64,000 nt of DNA from Eledone cirrhosa (GCA_964016885.1 CAXHJY010000392.1:31001-95000); one strand, 5' to 3'. Positions 1-13,100 are shown, counted from the stretch's first letter. Made by a program: numbers and translations. Notes: generated from the sequence alone by a model not told the origin.

Positions 1-169
1 ATCTTTCTCTACCTTGTCTTCACACAAAACTTCGTTCTTCACCAAGCTATCTTTCTCTACCTTGTCTTCCCACAAAACGTCATTCTTCACCAAGCTATCT
101 TTCTCTACCTTGTCTTCCGTCAAAACTTCGTTCTTCACCAAGATATCTTTCTCTACCTTGTCTTCTCCC

Positions 170-3100
170 AAAACTTCGTTCTTCACCAAGCTATCTTTCT
201 CTACCTTGTCTTCCCTCAGAAATTCGTTCTTCACCAAGCTATCTTTCTCTACCTTGTCTTCCCCCAAAACGTCGTTCTTCACCAAGCTATCTTCTCTACA
301 TTGTCTTCCCCAAAACTTCGTTCTTCACCAAGCTATCTTTCTCTACCTTGTCTTTCATCAAAACGTCGTTCTTCACCAAGCTCTCTTTCTCTACCTTGTC
401 TTCCCCCAAAACTTCGTTCTTCACCAAGCTATCTTTCTCTACCTTGAATTCCCCCAAAACTTCGTTCTTCACCAAGCTATCTTTCTCTACCTTGTCTTCC
501 CACAAAACGTCGTTCTTCACCAAGCTATCTTTCTCTACCTTGTCTTCCCTCAAAACGTCGTTCTTCACCAAGCTATCTTTCTCTACCTTGTCTTCCCTCA
601 AAACATCGTTCTTCACCAAGCTATCTTTATCTACCTTGTCTTCCCTCAAAACTTCGTTCTTCACCAAGCTATCTTTCTCTACCTTGTCTTCCCCCAAAAC
701 TTCGTTGTTCACCAAGCTATCTTTCTCTACCTTGTCTTCTCCCAAAACTTCGTTATTCACCAAGCTATCTTTCTCTACCTTGTCTTCCCTCAAAACTTCG
801 TTCTACACCAAGCTATCTTTCTCTACCTTGTCTTCCCCCAAAACTTCGTTCTTCACCAAGTCATCTTTCTCTACCTTGTCATCCCTCAAAACTTTGTTCT
901 TCACCAATCTATCTTTCTCTACCTTGTCTTCCCCCAAAACTTCGTTCTTCACCAAGCTATCTTTCTCTAGCTTGTCTTCACACAAAACTTCGTTCTTCAC
1001 CAAGCTATCTTTCTCTACCTTGTCTTCCCACAAAACGTCATTCTTCACCAAGCTATCTTTCTCTACCTTGTCTTTCGTCAAAACTTCGTTCTTCACCAAG
1101 ATATCTTTCTCTACCTTGTCTCCTCCCAAAACTTCGTTCTTCACCAAGCTATCTTTCTCTACCTTGTCTTCCCTCAGAACTTCGTTCTTCACCAAGCTAT
1201 CTTTCTCTACCTTGTCTTCCCCCAAATCTTCGTTCTTCACCAAGCTATCTTTCTCTACATTGTCTTCCCCAAAACTTCGTTCTTCACCAAGCTATCTTTC
1301 ACGACCTTGTCTTCCCTCAAAACGTCGTTCTTCACCAAGCTATCTTTCTCTACCTTGTCTTCCCCCAAACTTCGTTCTTCACCAAGCTATCTTTCTCTAC
1401 CTTGTCTTCCCCCAAAACTTCGTTCTTCACCAAGCTATCTTTCTCTACCTCGTCTTCCCCCAAAACTTCGTTCTTCACCAAGCTATCTTTCTCTACCTTG
1501 TCTTCCTCCAAAACTTCGTTCTTCACCAAGCTATCTTTCTCTACCTTGTCTTCCCCCAATACTTCGTTCTTCACCAAGCTATCTTTCTCTACCTTGTCTT
1601 CCCTCAAAACGTCGTTCTTCACCAAGCTATCTTTCTCTACCTTGTCTTCCCCCAAAACTTCGTTCTTCACCAAGCTATCTTTCTCTACCTTGTCTTCCCC
1701 CAAAACTTCGTTCTTCACCAAGCTATCTTTCTCTACCTCGTCTTCCCTCAAAATTTCGTTCTTCACCAAGCTATCTTTCTCTACCTTGTCTTCCCCCAAA
1801 ACTTCGTTCTTCACCAAGTCATCTTTCTCTACCTTGTCTTCCCTCAAAACTCCGTTCTTCACCAAGCTATCTTTCTCTACCTTTCCTTCCCCTAAAACTT
1901 CGTTCTTCACCAAGCTATCTTTCTCTACCTTGTCTTCCCCCAAAACTTCGTTCTTCACCAAGCTATCTTTCTCTACATTGTCTTCCCCAAAACTTCGTTC
2001 TTCACCAAGCTATCTTTCACGACCTTGTCTTCCCTCAAAACGTCGTTCTTCACCAAGCTATCTTTCTCTACCTTGTCTTCCCCCAAACTTCGTTCTTCAC
2101 CAAGCTATCTTTCTCTACCTTGTCTTCCCCCAAAACTTCGTTCTTCACCAAGCTATCTTTCTCTACCTCGTCTTCCCTCAAAACTTTGTTCTTCACCAAG
2201 CTATCTTTCTCTACCTTGTCTTCCCCCAAAACCTCGTTCTTCACCAAGCTATCTTTCTCTACCTTGTCTTCCCCCAAAACTCCGTTCTTCACCAAGCTAT
2301 CTTTCTCTACCTTGTCTTCCCTCAAAACGTCGTTCTTCACCAAGCTATATTTCTCTACCTTGTCTTCCCCCAAAACTTCGTTCTTCACCAAGCTATCTTT
2401 CTCTACCTTGTCTTCCCCCAAAACTTCGTTCTTCACCAAGCTATCTTTCTCTACCTCGTCTTCCCTCAAAACTTCGTTCTTCACCAAGCTATCTTTCTCT
2501 ACCTTGTCTTCCCCCAAAACTTCGTTCTTCACCAAGTCATCTTTCTCTACCTTGTCTTCCCTCAAAACTTCGTTCTTCACCAAGCTATCTTTCTCTACCT
2601 TGTCTTCCCCTAAAACTTCGTTCTTCACCAAGCTATCTTTCTCTACCTTATCTTCCCCCAAAACTTCGTTCTTCACCAAGCTATCTTTCTCTACCTTGTC
2701 TTCCCCCAAAACTTCGTTCTTCACCAAGCTATCTTTCTCTACCTTGTCTTCCCTCAAAACGTCGTTCTTCACCAAGCTATCTTTCTCTACCTTGTCTTCC
2801 CCCAAAACTTCGTTCTTCACCAAGCTATCTTTCTCTACCTTGTCTTCTCCCAAAACTTCGTTCTTCACCAAGCTATCTTTCTCTACCTTGTCTTCCCTCA
2901 GAAATTCGTTCTTCACCAAGCTATCTTTCTCTACCTTGTCTTCCCCCAAAACGTCGTTCTTCACCAAGCTATCTTTCTCTACATTGTCTTCCCCAAAACT
3001 TCGTTCTTCACCAAGCTATCTTTCTCTACCTTGTCTTTCATCAAAACGTCGTTCTTCACCAAGCTCTCTTTCTCTACCTTGTCTTCCCCCAAAACTTCGT

Positions 3101-4110
3101 TCTTCACCAAGCTATCTTTCTCTACCTTGAATTCCCCCAAAACTTCGTTCTTCACCAAGCTATCTTTCTCTACCTTGTCTTCCCACAAAACGTCGTTCTT
3201 CACCAAGCTATCTTTCTCTACCTTGTCTTCCCTCAAAACGTCGTTCTTCACCAAGCTATCTTTCTCTACCTTGTCTTCCCTCAAAACATCGTTCTTCACC
3301 AAGCTATCTTTCTCTACCTTGTCTTCCCTCAAAACTTCGTTCTTCACCAAGCTATCTTTCTCTACCTTGTCTTCCCCCAAAACTTCGTTGTTCACCAAGC
3401 TATCTTTCTCTACCTTGTCTTCTCCCAAAACTTCGTTATTCACTAAGCTATCTTTCTCTACCTTGTCTTCCCTCAAAACTTCGTTCTACACCAAGCTATC
3501 TTTCTCTACCTTGTCTTCCCCCAAAACTTCGTTCTTCACCAAGTCATCTTTCTCTACCTTGTCATCCCTCAAAACTTTGTTCTTCACCAATCTATCTTTC
3601 TCTACCTTGTCTTCCCCCAAAACTTCGTTCTTCACCAAGCTATCTTTCTCTAGCTTGTCGTCACACAAAACTTCGTTCTTCACCAAGCTATCTTTCTCTA
3701 CCTTGTCTTCCCACAAAACGTCATTCTTCACCAAGCTATCTTTCTCTACCTTGTCTTTCGTCAAAACTTCGTTCTTCACCAAGATATCTTTCTCTACCTT
3801 GTCTCCTCCCAAAACTTCGTTCTTCACCAAGCTATCTTTCTCTACCTTGTCTTCCCTCAGAACTTCGTTCTTCACCAAGCTATCTTTCTCTACCTTGTCT
3901 TCCCCCAAAACTTCGTTCTTCACCAAGCTATCTTTCTCTACATTGTCTTCCCCAAAACTTCGTTCTTCACCAAGCTATCTTTCACGACCTTGTCTTCCCT
4001 CAAAACGTCGTTCTTCACCAAGCTATCTTTCTCTACCTTGTCTTCCCCCAAACTTCGTTCTTCACCAAGCTATCTTTCTCTACCTTGTCTTCCCCCAAAA
4101 CTTCGTTCTT
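170..4110. repeat. Higher-order duplication, offset 2,683 bp (~170-1,430 repeated at ~2,850-4,110)
   Basis: ORF pairs 296/2979, 348/3031, 803/3486 and 1307/3990 all differ by 2,683. Shared rare variants are TTCGTTGTTC (~701/~3384), TTCTACACC (~801/~3484) and GAATTC (446/3129). Confidence 0.9.
1255..2690. repeat. Older, diverged 718-bp (15-monomer) tandem pair; the same pair recurs at ~4,225, ~10,215 and ~18,410
   Basis: The marker triplet ACATTG (47-mer) / TTTCACGACC / CCCCCAAAC (47-mer) occurs at ~1,258 and ~1,976. ORFs 1307/2025, 1350/2068, 4319/5037, 10307/11025 and 18503/19221 each differ by 718 (15x48-2). Confidence 0.85.
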
Positions 4111-7100
4111 CACCAAGCTATCTTTCTCTACCTCGTCTTCCCTCAAAACTTCGTTCTTCACCAAGCTATCTTTCTCTACCTTGTCTTCCCCCAAAACTTC
4201 GTTCTTCACCAAGCTATCTTTCTCTACATTGTCTTCCCCAAAACTTCGTTCTTCACCAAGCTATCTTTCACGACCTTGTCTTCCCTCAAAACGTCGTTCT
4301 TCACCAAGCTATCTTTCTCTACCTTGTCTTCCCCCAAACTTCGTTCTTCACCAAGCTATCTTTCTCTACCTTGTCTTCCCCCAAAACTTCGTTCTTCACC
4401 AAGCTATCTTTCTCTACCTCGTCTTCCCCCAAAACTTCGTTCTTCACCAAGCTATCTTTCTCTACCTTGTCTTCCTCCAAAACTTCGTTCTTCACCAAGC
4501 TATCTTTCTCTACCTTGTCTTCCCCCAAAACTTCGTTCTTCACCAAGCTATCTTTCTCTACCTTGTCTTCCCTCAAAACGTCGTTCTTCACCAAGCTATC
4601 TTTCTCTACCTTGTCTTCCCCCAAAACTTCGTTCTTCACCAAGCTATCTTTCTCTACCTTGTCTTCCCCCAAAACTTCGTTCTTCACCAAGCTATCTTTC
4701 TCTACATCGTCTTCCCTCAAAATTTCGTTCTTCACCAATCTATCTTTCTCTACCTTGTCTTCCCCCAAAACTTCGTTCTTCACCAATTCATCTTTCTCTA
4801 CCTTGTCTTCCCTCAAAACTTCGTTCTTCACCAAGCTATCTTTCTCTACCTTTCCTTCCCCTAAAACTTCGTTCTTCACCAAGCTATCTTTCTCTACCTT
4901 GTCTTCCCCCAAAACTTCGTTCTTCACCAAGCTATCTTTCTCTACATTGTCTTCCCCAAAACTTCGTTCTTCACCAAGCTATCTTTCACGACCTTGTCTT
5001 CCCTCAAAACGTCGTTCTTCACCAAGCTATCTTTCTCTACCTTGTCTTCCCCCAAACTTCGTTCTTCACCAAGCTATCTTTCTCTACCTTGTCTTCCCCC
5101 AAAACTTCGTTCTTCACCAAGCTATCTTTCTCTACCTCGTCTTCCCTCAAAACTTTGTTCTTCACCAAGCTATCTTTCTCTACCTTGTCTTCCCCCAAAA
5201 CTTCGTTCTTCACCAAGCTATCTTTCTCTACCTTGTCTTCCCCCAAAACTTCGTTCTTCACCAAGCTATCTTTCTCTACCTTGTCTTCCCTCAAAACGTC
5301 GTTCTTCACCAAGCTATCTTTCTCTACCTTGTCTTCCCCCAAAACTTCGTTCTTCACCAAGCTATCTTTCTCTACCTTGTCTTCCCCCAAAACTTCGTTC
5401 TTCACCAAGCTATCTTTCTCTACCTCGTCTTCCCTCAAAACTTCGTTCTTCACCAAGCTATCTTTCTCTACCTTGTCTTCCCCCAAAACTTCGTTCTTCA
5501 CCAAGTCATCTTTCTCTACCTTGTCTTCCCTCAAAACTTCGTTCTTCACCAAGCTATCTTTCTCTACCTTGTCTTCCCCTAAAACTTCGTTCTTCACCAA
5601 GCTATCTTTCTCTACCTTATCTTCCCCCAAAACTTCGTTCTTCACCAAGCTATCTTTCTCTACCTTGTCTTCCCCCAAAACTTCGTTCTTCACCAAGCTA
5701 TCTTTCTCTACCTTGTCTTCCCTCAAAACGTCGTTCTTCACCAAGCTATCTTTCTCTACCTTGTCTTCCCCCAAAACTTCGTTCTTCACCAAGCTATCTT
5801 TCTCTACCTCGTCTTCCCTCAAAACTTCGTTCTTCACCAAGCTATCTTTCCCTACCTTGTCTTCCCACAAAACGTCATTCTTCACCAAGCTATCTTTCTC
5901 TAACTTGTCTTCCCTCAAAACGTCGTTCTTCACCAAGCTATCTTTCTCTACCTTGTCTTCCCCCAAAACTTCGTTCTTCACCAAGCTATCTTTCTCTACC
6001 TTGTCTTCCCCCAAAACTTCGTTCTTCGCAAGCTATCTTTCTCTACCTTGTCTTCCCCCAAAACTTCGTTCTTCAGCAAGCTATCTTTCTCTACCTTGTC
6101 TTCCCCTAAAACTTCGTTCTTCACCAAGCTATCTTTCTCTACCTCGTCTTCCCACAAAACGTCGTTCTTCACCAAGCTATCTTTCTCTACCTTGTCTTCC
6201 CTCAAAACGTCGTTCTTCACCAAGCTATCTTTCTCTACCTTGTCTTCCCTCAAAACATCGTTCTTCACCAAGCTATCTTTCTCTACCTTGTCTTCCCCCA
6301 AAACTTCGTTCTTCACCAAGCTATCTTTCTCTAGCTTGTCTTCACACAAAACTTCGTTCTTCACCAAGCTATCTTTCTCTACCTTGTCTTCCCACAAAAC
6401 GTCATTCTTCACCAAGCTATCTTTCTCTACCTTGTCTTCCGTCGAAACTTCGTTCTTCACCAAGATATCTTTCTCTACCTTGTTTTCTCCCAAAACTTCG
6501 TTCTTCACCAAGCTATCTTTCTCTAGCTTGTCTTCACACAAAACTTCGTTCTTCACCAAGCTATCTTTCTCTACCTTGTCTTCCCACAAAACGTCATTCT
6601 TCACCAAGCTATCTTTCTCAACCTTGTCTTCCGTCGAAACTTCGTTCTTCACCAAGCTATCTTTATCTACCTTGTTTTCTCCCAAAACTTCGTTCTTCAC
6701 CAAGCTATCTTTCTCTACCTTGTCTTGCCTCAGAACTTCGTTCTTCAACAAGCTATCTTTCTCTACCTTGTCTTCCCTAAAAACGTCGTTCTTCACCAAG
6801 CTATCTTTCTCTACCTTGTCTTCCCTCAAAACATCGTTCTTCACCAAGCTATCTTTCTCTACCTTGTCTTCACACAAAACTTCGTTCTTCACCAAGCTAT
6901 CTTTCTCTACCTTGTCTTCCCACAAAACGTCATTCTTCACCAAGCTATCTTTCTCTACCTTGTCTTCCGTCAAAACTTCGTTCTTCACCAAGATATCCTT
7001 CTCTACCTTGTCTTCTCCCAAAACTTCGTTCTTCACCAAGCTATCTTTCTCTACCTTGTCTTCCCTCAGAAATTCGTTCTTCACCAAGCTATCTTTCTCT

Positions 7101-10100
7101 ACCTTGTCTTCCCCCAAAACGTCGTTCTTCACCAAGCTATCTTTCTCTACATTGTCTTCCCCAAAACTTCGTTCTTCACCAAGCTATCTTTCTCTACCTT
7201 GTCTTTCATCAAAACGTCGTTCTTCACCAAGCTCTCTTTCTCTACGTTGTCTTCCCCCAAAACTTCTTTCTTCACCAAGCTATCTTTCTCTACCTTGAAT
7301 TCCCCCAAAACTTCGTTCTTCACCAATCTATCTTTCTCTGCCTTGTCTTCCCCCAAAACTTCGTTCTTCACCAAGCTATCTTTCTCTACCTTGTCTTCAC
7401 ACAAAACTTCGTTCTTCACCAAGCTATCTTTCTCTACCTTGTCTTCCCACAAAACGTCATTCTTCACCAAGTTATCTTTCTCTACCTTGTCTTCCGTCAA
7501 AACTTCTTTCTTCACCAAGATATCTTTCTCTACCTTGTCTTCTCCCAAAACTTCGTTCTTCACCAAGCTATCTTTCTCTACCTTGTCTTCCCTCAGAACT
7601 TCGTTCTTCACCAAGCTATCTTTCTCTACCTTGTCTTCCCCGAAAACTTCGTTCTTCACCAAGCTATCTTTCTCTACATTGTCTTCCCCAAAACTTCGTT
7701 CTTCACCAAGCTATCTTTCTCTACCTTGTCTTTCATCAAAACGTCGTTCTTCACCAAGCTCTCTTTCTCTACCTTGTCTTCCCCCAAAACTTCGTTCTTC
7801 GCCAAGCTATCTTTCTCTACCTTGTCTTCCCCAAAAACTTCGTTCTTCACCAAGCTATCTTTCTCTACCTTGTCTTCCCACAAAACATCGTTCTTCACCA
7901 AGCTATCTTTCTCTACCTTGTCTTCCCTCAAAACGTCGTTCTTCACCAAGCTATCTTTCTCTACCTTGTCTTCTATCAAAACATCGTTCTTCACCAAGCT
8001 ATCTTTCTCTACCTTGTCTTCCCTCAAAACTTCGTTCTTCACCAAGCTATCTTTCTCTACCTTGTCTTCCCCCAAAACTTCGTTCTTCACCAATTCATCT
8101 TTCTCTACCTTGTCTTCCCTCAAAACTTCGTTCTTCACCAAGCTATCTTTCTCTACCTTTCCTTCCCCTAAAACTTCGTTCTTCACCAAGCTATCTTTCT
8201 CTACCTTGTCTTCCCCCAAAACTTCGTTCTTCACCAAGCTATCTTTCTCTACATTGTCTTCCCCAAAACTTCGTTCTTCACCAAGCTATCTTTCACGACC
8301 TTGTCTTCCCTCAAAACGTCGTTCTTCACCAAGCTATCTTTCTCTACCTTGTCTTCCCCCAAACTTCGTTCTTCACCAAGCTATCTTTCTCTACCTTGTC
8401 TTCCCCCAAAACTTCGTTCTTCACCAAGCTATCTTTCTCTACCTCGTCTTCCCTCAAAACTTTGTTCTTCACCAAGCTATCTTTCTCTACCTTGTCTTCC
8501 CCCAAAACTTCGTTCTTCACCAAGCTATCTTTCTCTACCTTGTCTTCCCCCAAAACTTCGTTCTTCACCAAGCTATCTTTCTCTACCTTGTCTTCCCTCA
8601 AAACGTCGTTCTTCACCAAGCTATCTTTCTCTACCTTGTCTTCCCCCAAAACTTCGTTCTTCACCAAGCTATCTTTCTCTACCTTGTCTTCCCCCAAAAC
8701 TTCGTTCTTCACCAAGCTATCTTTCTCTACCTCGTCTTCCCTCAAAACTTCGTTCTTCACCAAGCTATCTTTCTCTACCTTGTCTTCCCCCAAAACTTCG
8801 TTCTTCACCAAGTCATCTTTCTCTACCTTGTCTTCCCTCAAAACTTCGTTCTTCACCAAGCTATCTTTCTCTACCTTGTCTTCCCCTAAAACTTCGTTCT
8901 TCACCAAGCTATCTTTCTCTACCTTATCTTCCCCCAAAACTTCGTTCTTCACCAAGCTATCTTTCTCTACCTTGTCTTCCCCCAAAACTTCGTTCTTCAC
9001 CAAGCTATCTTTCTCTACCTTGTCTTCCCTCAAAACGTCGTTCTTCACCAAGCTATCTTTCTCTACCTTGTCTTCCCCCAAAACTTCGTTCTTCACCAAG
9101 CTATCTTTCTCTACCTCGTCTTCCCTCAAAACTTCGTTCTTCACCAAGCTATCTTTCCCTACCTTGTCTTCCCACAAAACGTCATTCTTCACCAAGCTAT
9201 CTTTCTCTAACTTGTCTTCCCTCAAAACGTCGTTCTTCACCAAGCTATCTTTCTCTACCTTGTCTTCCCCCAAAACTTCGTTCTTCACCAAGCTATCTTT
9301 CTCTACCTTGTCTTCCCCCAAAACTTCGTTCTTCGCAAGCTATCTTTCTCTACCTTGTCTTCCCCCAAAACTTCGTTCTTCAGCAAGCTATCTTTCTCTA
9401 CCTTGTCTTCCCCTAAAACTTCGTTCTTCACCAAGCTATCTTTCTCTACCTCGTCTTCCCACAAAACGTCGTTCTTCACCAAGCTATCTTTCTCTACCTT
9501 GTCTTCCCCCAAAACTTCGTTCTTCACCAAGTCATCTTTCTCTACCTTGTCATCCCTCAAAACTTTGTTCTTCACCAATCTATCTTTCTCTACCTTGTCT
9601 TCCCCCAAAACTTCGTTCTTCACCAAGCTATCTTTCTCTAGCTTGTCGTCACACAAAACTTCGTTCTTCACCAAGCTATCTTTCTCTACCTTGTCTTCCC
9701 ACAAAACGTCATTCTTCACCAAGCTATCTTTCTCTACCTTGTCTTTCGTCAAAACTTCGTTCTTCACCAAGATATCTTTCTCTACCTTGTCTCCTCCCAA
9801 AACTTCGTTCTTCACCAAGCTATCTTTCTCTACCTTGTCTTCCCTCAGAACTTCGTTCTTCACCAAGCTATCTTTCTCTACCTTGTCTTCCCCCAAAACT
9901 TCGTTCTTCACCAAGCTATCTTTCTCTACATTGTCTTCCCCAAAACTTCGTTCTTCACCAAGCTATCTTTCACGACCTTGTCTTCCCTCAAAACGTCGTT
10001 CTTCACCAAGCTATCTTTCTCTACCTTGTCTTCCCCCAAACTTCGTTCTTCACCAAGCTATCTTTCTCTACCTTGTCTTCCCCCAAAACTTCGTTCTTCA

Positions 10101-13100
10101 CCAAGCTATCTTTCTCTACCTCGTCTTCCCTCAAAACTTCGTTCTTCACCAAGCTATCTTTCTCTACCTTGTCTTCCCCCAAAACTTCGTTCTTCACCAA
10201 GCTATCTTTCTCTACATTGTCTTCCCCAAAACTTCGTTCTTCACCAAGCTATCTTTCACGACCTTGTCTTCCCTCAAAACGTCGTTCTTCACCAAGCTAT
10301 CTTTCTCTACCTTGTCTTCCCCCAAACTTCGTTCTTCACCAAGCTATCTTTCTCTACCTTGTCTTCCCCCAAAACTTCGTTCTTCACCAAGCTATCTTTC
10401 TCTACCTCGTCTTCCCCCAAAACTTCGTTCTTCACCAAGCTATCTTTCTCTACCTTGTCTTCCTCCAAAACTTCGTTCTTCACCAAGCTATCTTTCTCTA
10501 CCTTGTCTTCCCCCAAAACTTCGTTCTTCACCAAGCTATCTTTCTCTACCTTGTCTTCCCTCAAAACGTCGTTCTTCACCAAGCTATCTTTCTCTACCTT
10601 GTCTTCCCCCAAAACTTCGTTCTTCACCAAGCTATCTTTCTCTACCTTGTCTTCCCCCAAAACTTCGTTCTTCACCAAGCTATCTTTCTCTACATCGTCT
10701 TCCCTCAAAATTTCGTTCTTCACCAATCTATCTTTCTCTACCTTGTCTTCCCCCAAAACTTCGTTCTTCACCAATTCATCTTTCTCTACCTTGTCTTCCC
10801 TCAAAACTTCGTTCTTCACCAAGCTATCTTTCTCTACCTTTCCTTCCCCTAAAACTTCGTTCTTCACCAAGCTATCTTTCTCTACCTTGTCTTCCCCCAA
10901 AACTTCGTTCTTCACCAAGCTATCTTTCTCTACATTGTCTTCCCCAAAACTTCGTTCTTCACCAAGCTATCTTTCACGACCTTGTCTTCCCTCAAAACGT
11001 CGTTCTTCACCAAGCTATCTTTCTCTACCTTGTCTTCCCCCAAACTTCGTTCTTCACCAAGCTATCTTTCTCTACCTTGTCTTCCCCCAAAACTTCGTTC
11101 TTCACCAAGCTATCTTTCTCTACCTCGTCTTCCCTCAAAACTTTGTTCTTCACCAAGCTATCTTTCTCTACCTTGTCTTCCCCCAAAACTTCGTTCTTCA
11201 CCAAGCTATCTTTCTCTACCTTGTCTTCCCCCAAAACTTCGTTCTTCACCAAGCTATCTTTCTCTACCTTGTCTTCCCTCAAAACGTCGTTCTTCACCAA
11301 GCTATCTTTCTCTACCTTGTCTTCCCCCAAAACTTCGTTCTTCACCAAGCTATCTTTCTCTACCTTGTCTTCCCCCAAAACTTCGTTCTTCACCAAGCTA
11401 TCTTTCTCTACCTCGTCTTCCCTCAAAACTTCGTTCTTCACCAAGCTATCTTTCTCTACCTTGTCTTCCCCCAAAACTTCGTTCTTCACCAAGTCATCTT
11501 TCTCTACCTTGTCTTCCCTCAAAACTTCGTTCTTCACCAAGCTATCTTTCTCTACCTTGTCTTCCCCTAAAACTTCGTTCTTCACCAAGCTATCTTTCTC
11601 TACCTTATCTTCCCCCAAAACTTCGTTCTTCACCAAGCTATCTTTCTCTACCTTGTCTTCCCCCAAAACTTCGTTCTTCACCAAGCTATCTTTCTCTACC
11701 TTGTCTTCCCTCAAAACGTCGTTCTTCACCAAGCTATCTTTCTCTACCTTGTCTTCCCCCAAAACTTCGTTCTTCACCAAGCTATCTTTCTCTACCTCGT
11801 CTTCCCTCAAAACTTCGTTCTTCACCAAGCTATCTTTCCCTACCTTGTCTTCCCACAAAACGTCATTCTTCACCAAGCTATCTTTCTCTAACTTGTCTTC
11901 CCTCAAAACGTCGTTCTTCACCAAGCTATCTTTCTCTACCTTGTCTTCCCCCAAAACTTCGTTCTTCACCAAGCTATCTTTCTCTACCTTGTCTTCCCCC
12001 AAAACTTCGTTCTTCGCAAGCTATCTTTCTCTACCTTGTCTTCCCCCAAAACTTCGTTCTTCAGCAAGCTATCTTTCTCTACCTTGTCTTCCCCTAAAAC
12101 TTCGTTCTTCACCAAGCTATCTTTCTCTACCTCGTCTTCCCACAAAACGTCGTTCTTCACCAAGCTATCTTTCTCTACATTGTCTTCCCTCAAAACGTCG
12201 TTCTTCACCAAGCTATCTTTCTCTACCTTGTCTTCCCTCAAAACATCGTTCTTCACCAAGCTATCTTTCTCTACCTTGTCTTCCCCCAAAACTTCGTTCT
12301 TCACCAAGCTATCTTTCTCTAGCTTGTCTTCACACAAAACTTCGTTCTTCACCAAGCTATCTTTCTCTACCTTGTCTTCCCACAAAACGTCATTCTTCAC
12401 CAAGCTATCTTTCTCTACCTTGTCTTCCGTCGAAACTTCGTTCTTCACCAAGATATCTTTCTCTACCTTGTTTTCTCCCAAAACTTCGTTCTTCACCAAG
12501 CTATCTTTCTCTAGCTTGTCTTCACACAAAACTTCGTTCTTCACCAAGCTATCTTTCTCTACCTTGTCTTCCCACAAAACGTCATTCTTCACCAAGCTAT
12601 CTTTCTCAACCTTGTCTTCCGTCGAAACTTCGTTCTTCACCAAGCTATCTTTATCTACCTTGTTTTCTCCCAAAACTTCGTTCTTCACCAAGCTATCTTT
12701 CTCTACCTTGTCTTGCCTCAGAACTTCGTTCTTCAACAAGCTATCTTTCTCTACCTTGTCTTCCCTAAAAACGTCGTTCTTCACCAAGCTATCTTTCTCT
12801 ACCTTGTCTTCCCTCAAAACATCGTTCTTCACCAAGCTATCTTTCTCTACCTTGTCTTCACACAAAACTTCGTTCTTCACCAAGCTATCTTTCTCTACCT
12901 TGTCTTCCCACAAAACGTCATTCTTCACCAAGCTATCTTTCTCTACCTTGTCTTCCGTCAAAACTTCGTTCTTCACCAAGATATCCTTCTCTACCTTGTC
13001 TTCTCCCAAAACTTCGTTCTTCACCAAGCTATCTTTCTCTACCTTGTCTTCCCTCAGAAATTCGTTCTTCACCAAGCTATCTTTCTCTACCTTGTCTTCC

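Noticed and set aside
126-142. CENP-B box-like motif (CTTCGTT)
   Set aside because: It matches only the first 7 bases of CTTCGTTGGAAACGGGA and lacks the essential CGGG, so it is not a CENP-B box.
1255-1375. Programmed frameshifting or phase variation at CCCCCAAAA runs
   Set aside because: The deletions are fixed alleles linked to neighbouring substitutions and copied with their blocks. There is no gene whose expression they could switch.
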